DNA from: SAR324 cluster bacterium | GTDB taxonomy: Bacteria > SAR324 > JACQKK01 | NCBI GenBank assembly: GCA_022574555.1 | Contig: JACZRV010000002.1 | Location: forward strand, 21,995-85,994 | DNA length: 64,000 nt | Direction: 5' to 3' | Shown: piece after piece, positions 17,743 to 27,681 of the stretch | How the letters are laid out: every line of letters begins with the position of its first letter | How positions within the stretch are numbered: the first letter of the stretch is position 1 | Translations under genes and position numbers: made by a program | Notes under the pieces: model-generated | Told to the model about the DNA's origin: nothing | The model's database searches: none | Seen by the model: only the letters and a program-made list of their open reading frames with translations

Positions 17743-19746
17743 GTGCAAAAACTGGAACAATTGATTTGGTCCGTCGCACTGCTGTCGTCCGTGGGCCTAC
17801 TGATGGTCTATGCCTATGTGCCGCAATGGCTTCCATGGGACACCAGCGCATTCGATATTTCCATGGACGGTGCGGTCTCCGACTGGCCCTTTTACGGGCG
17901 CGATGCGGGCGGCACCCGCTACTCGCCCCTGGATCAAATCAACCGCGAAAACGTCCTCTTCTTGGAGGAGGCTTGGACCTATCGCACGGGAGACTACGCC
18001 GACGGATCGGACGGCCGGCAAAAAACCACCTTCCAGGCCACACCGATCCTGGTCGACGGCACGCTTTATTTCAGCACTGTTTACGGACGAGTGATCGCGC
18101 TGGATCCGGAAAGCGGCGAAGCGCGTTGGACGTACGATCCGGGGATGGATCGTGACGTGAGCTTTTCCGACCTCGCGTCGCGGGGGGTTGCCACTTGGGT
18201 CGATGACCGGCGCCGCACCGGGGAGCCGTGCCGACGCAGAATATTCGTGGGCACCTACGATGCGCGGCTGATCGCTCTCGACGCGGCGGCGGGCGAGCCT
18301 TGCACCGACTTCGGCGTGGGGGGGCAGGTCGACTTGACCGTGGGCATTCGCAACGTAAGGCCAGGACACTACGGCGTTACTTCTCCGCCGGCCGTTATCG
18401 GCGATCTGGTCGTGGTGGGCTCGGCCATCGGTGACAATGGGGCGGTGGAGATGGCAGACGGCTCCGTCCGAGCCTACGACGCCCGCGATGGCACCCTGCG
18501 ATGGCGCTGGGAACCGGTGCCCCGGCACCCGGCCGACCCGGCCCGCGATACCTGGAAAGGAGATGCCGCTGACAAGACCGGGGCGGCCAACGCCTGGTCC
18601 ATCCTTTCCGTAGATGCCGCCCGGGACCTGGTTTTCGTGCCCACCAGTAGCGCCAGCCCCGATTTCTACGGCGGCGAGCGGTTGGGCAGCAACTCTTACG
18701 CGAATTCGGTGGTGGCGTTGCGCGGATCGACGGGCGAGGTCGTGTGGCACTACCAACTCGTGCACCACGATCTGTGGGATTACGACCTGCCCGCACAGCC
18801 GGTGTTGCTCGATGTCAAGAAGGACGGTGTGGAAATACCGGCGGTGGCCCAGGCCACCAAGATGGGATTTCTCTTCCTGCTCCACCGGGAGACGGGCCAG
18901 CCGATCTTTCCCGTCGAGGAGCGCCCGGTGCCCCAATCCACGGTGCCGGGGGAAGAGACTTGGCCCACCCAACCTTTTCCCACCCACCCTCCGCCGTTGG
19001 CACCCACCAGGCTGACCCCCGACGATGCGTGGGGGCTCACACCGTGGGACCGCGGGTGGTGCCGGGATAAATTGGAGCGGCACCGCAACGAGGGTATCTT
19101 CACGCCGCCGAGCCTGGGGGGCAGCATCCAGTCACCCGGCATTGCCGGTGGGTCCAATTGGGGCGGACTGGCCTTCGAACCCAACCGAGGCGTGGTCGTG
19201 CTCAACATGACTCACATGCCCTATGTGGTGCAATTGATTCCCATCGAGGACTTCGAGGCCGAGCGGGCCCAGGCGCCCAAGGACACCGAATTCGCTCCGC
19301 AAGCGGGCACGCCCTACGGCATGAGCCGCGCGCCTCTGCTTTCGCCCCTGGGTCTGCCTTGCATCCAGCCGCCGTGGGGTACCCTGGCCGCGGTGGATTT
19401 GGGGAGTGGAGAAGTGAAATGGGAGGTGCCCCTGGGCACGATACGGGATATCGCCCCGGTGCCGCTGCCCATCGAATGGGGAACACCGAGTTTGGGCGGC
19501 CCCATCGTGACCGCGGGGGGGCTGATCTTCATCGGCGCAGCCATGGACGACTACCTGCGGGCCTTCGATATCGAAACGGGGGAGGAGCTATGGAAAGCCC
19601 GCCTCCCGGCCGGCGGTCAGGCCACACCGATGACCTACCGGCTCACGCCTTCCAGCCGCCAATTCGTGGTGATCGCTGCCGGCGGGCACGGCAGGCTGGG
19701 CACCACCATCGGCGATCATCTCGTGGCCTTCGCCCTGCCGGAGTGA
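17743..19746 (+). CDS. Membrane-anchored PQQ-dependent dehydrogenase (glucose/quinate dehydrogenase family).
   Basis: N-terminal TM helix. PQQ beta-propeller repeats (W-motifs). Similar to the periplasmic domain of quinoprotein glucose dehydrogenase. Confidence 0.8.
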   Translation: MQKLEQLIWSVALLSSVGLLMVYAYVPQWLPWDTSAFDISMDGAVSDWPFYGRDAGGTRYSPLDQINRENVLFLEEAWTYRTGDYADGSDGRQKTTFQATPILVDGTLYFSTVYGRVIALDPESGEARWTYDPGMDRDVSFSDLASRGVATWVDDRRRTGEPCRRRIFVGTYDARLIALDAAAGEPCTDFGVGGQVDLTVGIRNVRPGHYGVTSPPAVIGDLVVVGSAIGDNGAVEMADGSVRAYDARDGTLRWRWEPVPRHPADPARDTWKGDAADKTGAANAWSILSVDAARDLVFVPTSSASPDFYGGERLGSNSYANSVVALRGSTGEVVWHYQLVHHDLWDYDLPAQPVLLDVKKDGVEIPAVAQATKMGFLFLLHRETGQPIFPVEERPVPQSTVPGEETWPTQPFPTHPPPLAPTRLTPDDAWGLTPWDRGWCRDKLERHRNEGIFTPPSLGGSIQSPGIAGGSNWGGLAFEPNRGVVVLNMTHMPYVVQLIPIEDFEAERAQAPKDTEFAPQAGTPYGMSRAPLLSPLGLPCIQPPWGTLAAVDLGSGEVKWEVPLGTIRDIAPVPLPIEWGTPSLGGPIVTAGGLIFIGAAMDDYLRAFDIETGEELWKARLPAGGQATPMTYRLTPSSRQFVVIAAGGHGRLGTTIGDHLVAFALPE

Positions 19747-19768
19747 GCCATCGGCGGGGCACCCCGCA

Positions 19769-19838
19769 CCGTGCCGACAGTACCGTGCCGACAGTACCGT
19801 GCGAATAGTACCGTGCGAATAGTACCGTGCGGCCATGC
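19769..19838. repeat. Tandem 14-bp repeat, about 5 units of (ccgtgccgacagta)/(ccgtgcgaatagta), between the PQQ-dehydrogenase gene and glyA.
   Basis: Direct inspection: ccgtgccgacagta x2, ccgtgcgaatagta x2, then a partial unit. Confidence 0.8.
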
Positions 19839-20027
19839 CCTGCGGCCAATACCATGCGAACTGAGCCGGTGCCCGTCGTGCGGTTACGCCGCCGCCCGCG
19901 CCCAATGATTCTTGCATTCGGACGAATATGCGCCATGATGGACGGGCCGCCGCGCGGGCGCACGTGGAGAGGCGCCCCAGGCAGCCGCCCTATCGATTGC
20001 AACCGCCGCCTACGGAGAATTCCAAAT

Positions 20028-21332
20028 ATGAAATACGACGCCCTGCCGGCTACCGATCCGGAAGTCTTCGATATCCTGTCGGGAGAGGCCACCCGTGAAT
20101 CCGAAGGATTGGAGTTGATCCCCTCGGAAAACTACGCTTCCCAGGCCGTGTTGGAGGCGTTGGGCACGCTGATGACCAACAAGTACTCCGAGGGAACTCC
20201 CGGCAGGCGCTATTACGGGGGTCAGACCTACACCGACCAGATCGAATCGTTGGCCATCGAACGGGCCAAGGCACTTTTCGGCTGCGATCACGCAAATGTC
20301 CAGCCCCTTTCCGGCGCGGCGGCCAACCTGGTGGTCTTCTCGTCGTGGCTGGAAATCGGCGATACGGTGCTGGCCATGGATCTATCGCACGGAGGCCATC
20401 TGACCCACGGCGCACCCGTGACCTTCGCCGCCAAGGCCTACAATTTCATCCGTTATAAGATGAAGGATGTGGCCACGGGCGCCATCGACTACGATGATCT
20501 GGAAGCGCTGGCCCTGGAGCACCGGCCCAAGATCATCCTGGCCGGCTTCTCCGCCTATCCGCGGGAGCTGGACTATGGCCGTTTCGCCCGCATCGCGGAA
20601 AAGGTGGGCGCGATGGCCATGGCCGACATGGCCCACATCGCCGGGCTGATCGCCGGTAAGGTGCTGGCCAACCCGTTCGACCACGGCTTTCACGTGATGA
20701 CCACCACCACCCACAAAAGTCTGCGCGGCCCGCGGGGGGCCATGGTGCTCAGCCAGGGCAAGGTGGGCAACCCCTTGCGGGCTCCCGGGAAAACCCTGGA
20801 GAACCTGCCCACCCTCATCGACCGGGCCGTCTTTCCGGGGCTGCAAGGCGGGCCACACATGAACAAGATCATGGCCATCGCCGTCGCGCTGCGCGAGGCG
20901 GCCACGCCGCAGTTCGCCGATTATTCCCGCCAAATTCTGCGCAACGCCAAGGTGTTGGCGGAAACCCTCATGGAGCGGGGCTGCCAACTGATCACCAACG
21001 GCACGGACAATCACCTGATGCTGATCGATACGATGGGTTCTTTCGGCAAGACCGGCAAGGAGATGCAGGAACGGTTGGAAGCGGTGGGCATCACCCTCAA
21101 CAAGAACGCCATACCCGACGATCCCCTGCCTCCCTTCAAAGCCTCCGGCGTTCGCCTGGGTACACCTGCCCTCACCTCGCGCGGACTGTTGGAGCCGCAC
21201 ATGGAGCGCATCGCTGCGTGGATCGCCCAGGTGGGCAAGGGGGAAGGCGACCCCGACGCCATCCGCCGTGAAGTGCGCGATCTGTGCCTGGCCCACCCCA
21301 TCCCCAGCGGGCCGGTGGAGCGGGGTAATTGA
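20028..21332 (+). CDS. glyA: Serine hydroxymethyltransferase.
   Basis: MKYDALPATDPEVFD…LIPSENY…; the PLP-lysine region TTTHKSLRGPRG; about 434 aa. The upstream GTG at 19827 is probably not the true start. Confidence 0.95.
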   Translation: MKYDALPATDPEVFDILSGEATRESEGLELIPSENYASQAVLEALGTLMTNKYSEGTPGRRYYGGQTYTDQIESLAIERAKALFGCDHANVQPLSGAAANLVVFSSWLEIGDTVLAMDLSHGGHLTHGAPVTFAAKAYNFIRYKMKDVATGAIDYDDLEALALEHRPKIILAGFSAYPRELDYGRFARIAEKVGAMAMADMAHIAGLIAGKVLANPFDHGFHVMTTTTHKSLRGPRGAMVLSQGKVGNPLRAPGKTLENLPTLIDRAVFPGLQGGPHMNKIMAIAVALREAATPQFADYSRQILRNAKVLAETLMERGCQLITNGTDNHLMLIDTMGSFGKTGKEMQERLEAVGITLNKNAIPDDPLPPFKASGVRLGTPALTSRGLLEPHMERIAAWIAQVGKGEGDPDAIRREVRDLCLAHPIPSGPVERGN

Positions 21333-21419
21333 ATTTTGGCAGCGAACGTAGGGGCGCACGGCGGTGCGCCCGGTGGTGGGGGATGTCTCGAATGACGGGC
21401 GCACCGCCGTGCGCCCCTA

Positions 21420-23063
21420 CTAATCCCGGCCGCTGCGCCGTACACGCAGCAGGTAGTGGAAGTCCAGGTATCCGCCGGCATCCCAATTCAAATAGCCGTG
21501 CCGGTCCGCGACTTCCAGATAGAACGCGTCGCCGGTCAGGCTGTGGGTAAATTTCTTCGCGTTGCCGAGGTGGATCGTCTTCTTCAGGAACCCCCCTTGG
21601 TCGTAGATGCGTATCACTGGCTGCAGGTTGGTGCGGCCCAGCCGGTACCATTCGATTTCGATCTCCTCACCGGGTTGCAACACATCGCCGAGAAAGATAT
21701 CCGCGTCGCCCCGGGAATCGACGTGACCGTAGATCATCGCGCCGAAACCGATGGGATTGGCCCGGTCGAACCTGCCGTTGTCTTCCAGTTCGGCGAAGGT
21801 GGGGCCCCAATCCTCCAGTTCTGGGTGGGCGGCGATCAAATCCTCGAACAGCCCCGCCACCATCGGTGTGCGCAGGGGCGGCGGGAAGGGCACCATCTCA
21901 TGGTTTTCCAGGTTGGGTCGCCGATGAACGCGCATCTCGAGCGTATCGTTGTGCCAATAGACCCGGCGCACCTGAAATGCGCCGAACTCCCTCCCGCTCA
22001 ATTCCGCTTCCAGTGATGCGCGATCTCCCGGGTAGACACCTTCGTAGGTGACCCATTTATCGGCGAGGCGGGAGAGCACGAATCCCTCGAACAGGCTGTT
22101 CGGGCGAAAGAAGTCGCGTTCGAACGTCTCCTCATCGTAGAGCGAGTGCAACCCCAGCACCCGCAGACGCAAGATTTCGCCCCCGGCGCTCCAGGCCTCG
22201 GGTTCCCCGATGCGGCCCGGTTGCATCTGCGCCAGGGCGGGTTCGATCACGCTCCGCATCACCGCTTCCACCAGCGCGGAAGTGACGGGCGACAGGGGCG
22301 GCAGGGGATCGCGTGCGGGTTGTTCGATAGAAGCCAGCAGCGCCCCTGTGCGCACCAGATAAAAAGCAGCGCTCAGGACCGTCCGTGACTCCTGATCGTC
22401 GTCCGTGGGCGTTCGGGTCGCCAAAACCAACACCGCCGGCGCGCCGGGGGCGATCCGCGCCAGCAACGCTCGCCGGGCCATGCGGCCGGTGAAGGGGCTG
22501 GCCAAAAGCGAAACGTCGCGCGCCTCGATCGCAGATTGCGCCGCCACGTCGAAATTCAAAAGTGCCAGCCTTTCCGTCAAGGCGGCAAACGCCGCCTCGC
22601 GCACGGAAGCCGAGGCCAGCAGCGGGTCGTTGCGGGGATACAGAATAGCCAGCCGCCGTTTGCGATCCCCCAGGATAGGCAGGGAGAGTTCCCTCAGATC
22701 GGCCACGAGCGCGGGCCGATCGACCTGGGCTTCCAATGCGGCGTAGTATTGCGTGCGGTCCAGGGATGTTTCGAGCTTGCGAATCCGGTAGGAACTGATG
22801 TACCGGTCCAGCCGGGAGAGGATGCGCCGTTTGAGATCGCCCCGATATAGTTGGAGCCATTCGGCAGCGACCAGCGACCGGAGCGCTTCGCGTACGACGG
22901 CCTCCTGGGCCAGCCGCACGGCGCGCAGCCGGGCGTCGTCGAGATCGTCCTCGAAGATGGGAACCCGTGCCTCTCCGTTGCGCGTGATCAGCCGTTCCTG
23001 GGCCGTGAGGGCGCCCCCCAGGAGCAAAACGGCCAACGACAGTATCAGTACGGGTTTCCTCAT
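21420..23063 (-). CDS. Secreted hypothetical protein, 547 aa.
   Basis: Signal peptide MRKPVLILSLAVLLLGGALTAQE. No recognisable domain. Last gene of a three-gene secreted-protein cluster. Confidence 0.6.
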   Translation of the reverse strand: MRKPVLILSLAVLLLGGALTAQERLITRNGEARVPIFEDDLDDARLRAVRLAQEAVVREALRSLVAAEWLQLYRGDLKRRILSRLDRYISSYRIRKLETSLDRTQYYAALEAQVDRPALVADLRELSLPILGDRKRRLAILYPRNDPLLASASVREAAFAALTERLALLNFDVAAQSAIEARDVSLLASPFTGRMARRALLARIAPGAPAVLVLATRTPTDDDQESRTVLSAAFYLVRTGALLASIEQPARDPLPPLSPVTSALVEAVMRSVIEPALAQMQPGRIGEPEAWSAGGEILRLRVLGLHSLYDEETFERDFFRPNSLFEGFVLSRLADKWVTYEGVYPGDRASLEAELSGREFGAFQVRRVYWHNDTLEMRVHRRPNLENHEMVPFPPPLRTPMVAGLFEDLIAAHPELEDWGPTFAELEDNGRFDRANPIGFGAMIYGHVDSRGDADIFLGDVLQPGEEIEIEWYRLGRTNLQPVIRIYDQGGFLKKTIHLGNAKKFTHSLTGDAFYLEVADRHGYLNWDAGGYLDFHYLLRVRRSGRD

Positions 23064-23093
23064 GACGCCGTCAGATAGACCTCAACTATGAGA

Positions 23094-24344
23094 CTATGAG
23101 CGCAAGTAACTCCGCAGTTCGTCCCGCAGCAGCCGGATCACGAGCAGGGCCTCGGCACCGGTCAAGGGGTCGAGGGGCTTGAACAGGCCGCGGATACCCT
23201 CTTTGGGTTTCATCAGGTTGCGGGTCACGACCGTCTGGACGGCGTTGAAATAGGGCAGGTCGTTGCGCACGTCGGGATAGGGGGAGACCTGTCCGATGAA
23301 CTTGGTGCGCACGCCGGTCTCGCCCGTGACTTTGACCAGGATGTCCTCCACCATCATGGCGAACTCCGCCCTCGTAATGTCGGCGTCGGGATTGAAGCGA
23401 TGGGCCGGGTCCGGCTCCAAACCCACCACACCGAGCCTCAATATTTCCTCGATATCACTGCGGAGAGGATGATCGGCAATATCGGTCGCCTGGGGCGCTC
23501 GTTGAATGGAGTCGGCCTCGAAATCGGTTTGGTCCGATGGTTGGAAACTCGTATCCACCTGCGCCCCGCCGCGAGTGTACAAGCGTTCCAAAAGCAGCTC
23601 TTCGACGAACAGCGCGGCGATATCGGCCCGTTTCATCGCTTCCAGAAATGCCACGGCTTGGCCGTGCCGTGTGCCCGGGCGGGCACGCTGCACCATTTGC
23701 ACCACGGCCAGCTCTTCATCGGCTTCCTTGGTTTTGCCCGCGTCCAGTTCCAGTACCCGCTCGTACAGATCACTGGCCTGATCGAGCTGAAAAGCCGTGC
23801 GATAGGCGCGTGCCATATAGTAATAGGGATGCGGGTCGCGAATCCCGCCTTCGGTGTCGATGGCGTCCTCGAAGTGGTCTTCGGCCTCTTCCAGCCAATC
23901 GTCGGGGGTGCCAGTCAACGTGTACATGCGGACGGCGGCCACGTGAACGCCCCGTTCTTCCTCGGGTGTATCGGCGTTGCCGCGGGCTTGGTCAATCAGA
24001 TCGTCGGCCTGCTCAGCAATGGCTTCCCGCTGCTCGGCGCTGATGCCAAATTCCGTGGCGCCGTGAGCGACCACGACGGCCTTGCCGGCTTGGGCCAGGG
24101 CGAATTCCCGATCCAGGCTGAGAGCCAGATCGAACTCCCGCTGGGCCTGCTCCCATTTGCGTGCGTCAATGGCGTCGTTGCCGCGCAGGGTATGATGCTC
24201 CGGGGTGTCCAACGCTCCCCGGGCGGAACGCGGGGCGGGTGCGCAGCCCGCCGCGACCAGGCACGATCCGATGGCCAAGCCAAGGACTGCCCGCCAGATT
24301 GATTCGCTGGAAATTCGGGTGATGCGATGGGATTTCGGGTTCAT
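23094..24344 (-). CDS. Lipoprotein with an N-terminal TPR-like helical region and a C-terminal SLH-like domain.
   Basis: Signal peptide with lipobox-like …AIGSC. The C-terminal segment …ITRAEFAMMVEDIL… fits the SLH consensus. Confidence 0.55.
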   Translation of the reverse strand: MNPKSHRITRISSESIWRAVLGLAIGSCLVAAGCAPAPRSARGALDTPEHHTLRGNDAIDARKWEQAQREFDLALSLDREFALAQAGKAVVVAHGATEFGISAEQREAIAEQADDLIDQARGNADTPEEERGVHVAAVRMYTLTGTPDDWLEEAEDHFEDAIDTEGGIRDPHPYYYMARAYRTAFQLDQASDLYERVLELDAGKTKEADEELAVVQMVQRARPGTRHGQAVAFLEAMKRADIAALFVEELLLERLYTRGGAQVDTSFQPSDQTDFEADSIQRAPQATDIADHPLRSDIEEILRLGVVGLEPDPAHRFNPDADITRAEFAMMVEDILVKVTGETGVRTKFIGQVSPYPDVRNDLPYFNAVQTVVTRNLMKPKEGIRGLFKPLDPLTGAEALLVIRLLRDELRSYLRS

Positions 24345-24387
24345 TGGGCGCCTCCATTGAAAAGGCCGATTCGGGTGTCCGTGTGGA

Positions 24388-25266
24388 TCAATCCAAGACG
24401 ATCAACACCCGCGATTCCCGCATGAAATTTTGGCCCTGAGCGATCTGACGCAGCGCATCGGCATCGGCCTGATCGATCACCAGGTCGGCCATGTTCGCTC
24501 CTTTGGCTTCCAGAGCCTTGATCAGCAAAGGATTGCCCTTCACCCGGTCATTCGTGGTCGCGGCCTCGATGTCCTTGGCGTAACCCACGATGCCTTGTGA
24601 TACGGCATATTCACGGCTTACATAAGCCGAGCCATACACTTCCCTGCCTTCCGGGTCCAGCACCTTGGGCGACATGGCCGGCAGTACGCCGGTGCCTTTC
24701 GCGTCGATGATCAGGCCCGTGTACATACGCTGGGTATTGATCTTGACCGCGGCGGCTCTGGCATCATTGGGAGGCCTGAGTTGCTGTGGCGGCCCCGAGA
24801 TATAGAGTTCCACCGGCACCACTTCCCTTAAATTGGCGGTCATCGTCAACGATATGCTGCCGTCGGAAAAATACTTCGGTTGCCCGACAAGCCGCAAGCT
24901 GGCCAGTTTGCCCTGTACGCGGGAGATGACCTTGTCGTCCAGTAACATGGCCTGCTGCATGGTCGTTTCCCCCGTGATGCTGACGCCTTTGATCAGTTCC
25001 AAGAGGTTGCGCGCCGCGTCGACCTTGGCTGCCCGCTGGGCGCTGATATTTTTTTGCGCCTCGGATTTGGCCCATTGGGCGGGGGCACCCAACCCCAGCG
25101 CAAAAGCGATTCCTGCATCCCAGTCGATACAGTCGACGTCGGTATTCTCGTCGCAGGGTAGATCTCCACCGCCCTGAGCCCAAAGGGCGGGCGGGGCCGG
25201 CGAAACCAGCGCCATAGCGAACAGGGGAATAACGATCAGGCATATAAGGAAGGCCTTGATGTTCAT
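24388..25266 (-). CDS. Secreted hypothetical protein, 292 aa.
   Basis: Signal peptide. No recognisable domain. Shares an identical 17-nt leader with the downstream SLH gene. Confidence 0.55.
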   Translation of the reverse strand: MNIKAFLICLIVIPLFAMALVSPAPPALWAQGGGDLPCDENTDVDCIDWDAGIAFALGLGAPAQWAKSEAQKNISAQRAAKVDAARNLLELIKGVSITGETTMQQAMLLDDKVISRVQGKLASLRLVGQPKYFSDGSISLTMTANLREVVPVELYISGPPQQLRPPNDARAAAVKINTQRMYTGLIIDAKGTGVLPAMSPKVLDPEGREVYGSAYVSREYAVSQGIVGYAKDIEAATTNDRVKGNPLLIKALEAKGANMADLVIDQADADALRQIAQGQNFMRESRVLIVLD

Positions 25267-25883
25267 CTGCCGCCTCCATTGAAAAGGAACTTCTAGCGGT
25301 CACAACTGCTGAAAAGTGCGCTCGCGCGACGAGTAACAGCGTTCCGGTGTGCGGTTATGCAATGCAGGGGAAGGATTCATCGGCACGGAGCCACGATACA
25401 ATGCTGACGCCAAGATACTGTGCAACGCGCGCCCTGTCAATCCGAATTATCGCAACCAATTGTAAACACAGCGTATAATCTTACAGAATATCTTCCCCGG
25501 CCTAATATTACCTGGTTTTTACCCACATCGAATCCGCAATACCCGCTGGCGCGACGTTTCCTCGTGCTCCGTGTCGATCGTGAGAGAAGCCCCGGCATCG
25601 CTTCACAGATTCCAAATTACGATCGTTCGCCCCCTATGAATGGCGGATGCCGTCTCCACGGAATAGATCCAGACAGCGCTGGAATAGGGCGTTGCATCCA
25701 GTCTGTCCGTTGACATCGAGCCACCTGACCGTTAAGTTGACCCACCTGGAAATCCCTGTCCGTCGGCGATTTCCGGCTATTCCATCCCCCACGGTCTCCC
25801 CCAGGCAAGGGGAAATCCCGCCGCCCAGGCATCGTTAGGTAGTTGCTGAAACCCAGGTAGTCGCTGAACAGAGGTCACGAGCT

Positions 25884-27596
25884 ATGGAAGACAAACTCCT
25901 CCGGGTCGACATGACGAATCTTTCCGTTGTGGAAGAGCCCTTCCCGGATGATTGGCGCTACCTGGGGGGCAGAGCCCTTTCGGCCAGGATTCTCCTGGAA
26001 GGCCAGGATCCGGCATGCGATCCCCTGGGTGCCGAAGCCTTGCTGGTGTTGGCGCCGGGGATCCTCAGCGGTTCGATGGCGCCCACCTCGGGCCGCATAT
26101 CCATCGGCGCGAAGAGCCCTCTTACGGGCCGCATCAAGGAAGCCAATTCCGGAGGTCAAGCGGGTCAGCACCTGATGCGGCTGGGCTATCGGGCCCTGAT
26201 TGTCCGAGGTAAGCCAACCGACCCGGACCAGCGCTGGGTATTGGAGATCGGCGAAGAAGGTGTGCACCTTATCGAAAAATCGGAGCTCAAGGGCATGCGC
26301 AATTATCCAGCGGCCGAGGCGTTGCTGCAAGGCAAGGACAAGCGCGCCTCAACGGTGATCTGCGGGCCCGCGGGCGAGATGGGTCTGACCGGGGCCACGA
26401 TCGCGCTGACCGATATGGATCATCGCTATCCCACCCGCCACGCGGCCCGCGGGGGGCTCGGTGCGGTGATGGGATCCAAGGGACTCAAGGCCATCACCAT
26501 CGATCCGGGCCGCGCCAAGTTTCGCCGGCCGGCCCGCGAACAGGCGTTCAAGACGCTCTTTCAGACCTTCGCCAAGGAATACCGGGCCGGCAAGCAGCCC
26601 CTGAAAAACGGCACCGCGACGGTCGTGCCCGTGGCCAATATGCTTTCCACCCTGCCCACCCGCAACCGCCGGGCCATGCAGTACGATAAACACGAGGGGC
26701 TGGACGGGGCCAAGATCCTGGCGAACTACGAGACCCGGGGGGGCAAGCAGCACGGATGCATGTCGGGCTGCATCGTCCAATGCTCCAACATTATCAACGA
26801 CCCGGATGGCCACTACATCACGTCGGCCCTGGAATTCGAGACCCTGGGCATGCTGGGCTCCAATTGCGATATCGGCGATCTGGATGTCGTGGCCCGCTTG
26901 GACCGGCTGTGCGACGATCTGGGTCTGGACACAATCGAAACCGGTGGCGCCATTGCCGTGGCCATGGAAGCCGGGGCGCTTTCCTTCGGTGACGCTGGCG
27001 CCATGATCGAATTGCTCGACAAAGAAATCGAAGCGGCCACGCCCTTGGGCCAAGCTGTGGGCAACGGCGTGGTCGCCACCTGCGAAGCCTACGGCGCCAT
27101 GAATCGGGTGCCCGCGATCGGCGGGCAGGGTATCCCGGCGTGGGAACCGCGGACGCTGCCGGTGACGGCCATCACGTATGCGACCAGCGCGATGGGTGCG
27201 GACCACACCGCCGGGCTGGTGACCCGCACCAAAAATCCCGACGCCGCCCAGGCTTCGCAGTTCGCCCAGGTGGTGAACATGGTTTGCGATTCATCGGGGT
27301 TCTGCCAGTTTCAAATTCTGCGTTTGGAAGACCTGCGCCAGTTTTACAACGCCATCTTCGGCGTTGATTGGGACGGCGCGGAGATCTATCATCACGGATT
27401 CGCCGCACTGCAGGACGAATGGGAATTCAACCGGCGCGCCGGCTTCACCCTCGACGATAGCGACCTCCCCGACTGGATGAGGGAGGAAAAAGTACCCAGT
27501 AACGACGCGGTGTATCAAGCCACCCGCGACGTATTGGAGCGCGTCTTTACGGAAAACTACGACGATTCAGCCCTCAAGATCCGCGCCAGCGGCTGA
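25884..27596 (+). CDS. Aldehyde:ferredoxin oxidoreductase family protein (tungsten/molybdopterin, AOR).
   Basis: AOR N-terminal domain (…LTGRIKEANSGGQAG…) and the C-terminal AFOR domain. About 570 aa. Confidence 0.8.
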   Translation: MEDKLLRVDMTNLSVVEEPFPDDWRYLGGRALSARILLEGQDPACDPLGAEALLVLAPGILSGSMAPTSGRISIGAKSPLTGRIKEANSGGQAGQHLMRLGYRALIVRGKPTDPDQRWVLEIGEEGVHLIEKSELKGMRNYPAAEALLQGKDKRASTVICGPAGEMGLTGATIALTDMDHRYPTRHAARGGLGAVMGSKGLKAITIDPGRAKFRRPAREQAFKTLFQTFAKEYRAGKQPLKNGTATVVPVANMLSTLPTRNRRAMQYDKHEGLDGAKILANYETRGGKQHGCMSGCIVQCSNIINDPDGHYITSALEFETLGMLGSNCDIGDLDVVARLDRLCDDLGLDTIETGGAIAVAMEAGALSFGDAGAMIELLDKEIEAATPLGQAVGNGVVATCEAYGAMNRVPAIGGQGIPAWEPRTLPVTAITYATSAMGADHTAGLVTRTKNPDAAQASQFAQVVNMVCDSSGFCQFQILRLEDLRQFYNAIFGVDWDGAEIYHHGFAALQDEWEFNRRAGFTLDDSDLPDWMREEKVPSNDAVYQATRDVLERVFTENYDDSALKIRASG

Positions 27597-27681
27597 GAAA
27601 TTCGATCCGTTCCATCAGCCTCTGGGGCTCGCCGTGCCCCGCAGCGGACGGTTTCCATCGATCCACATCCCACGGGAATTG

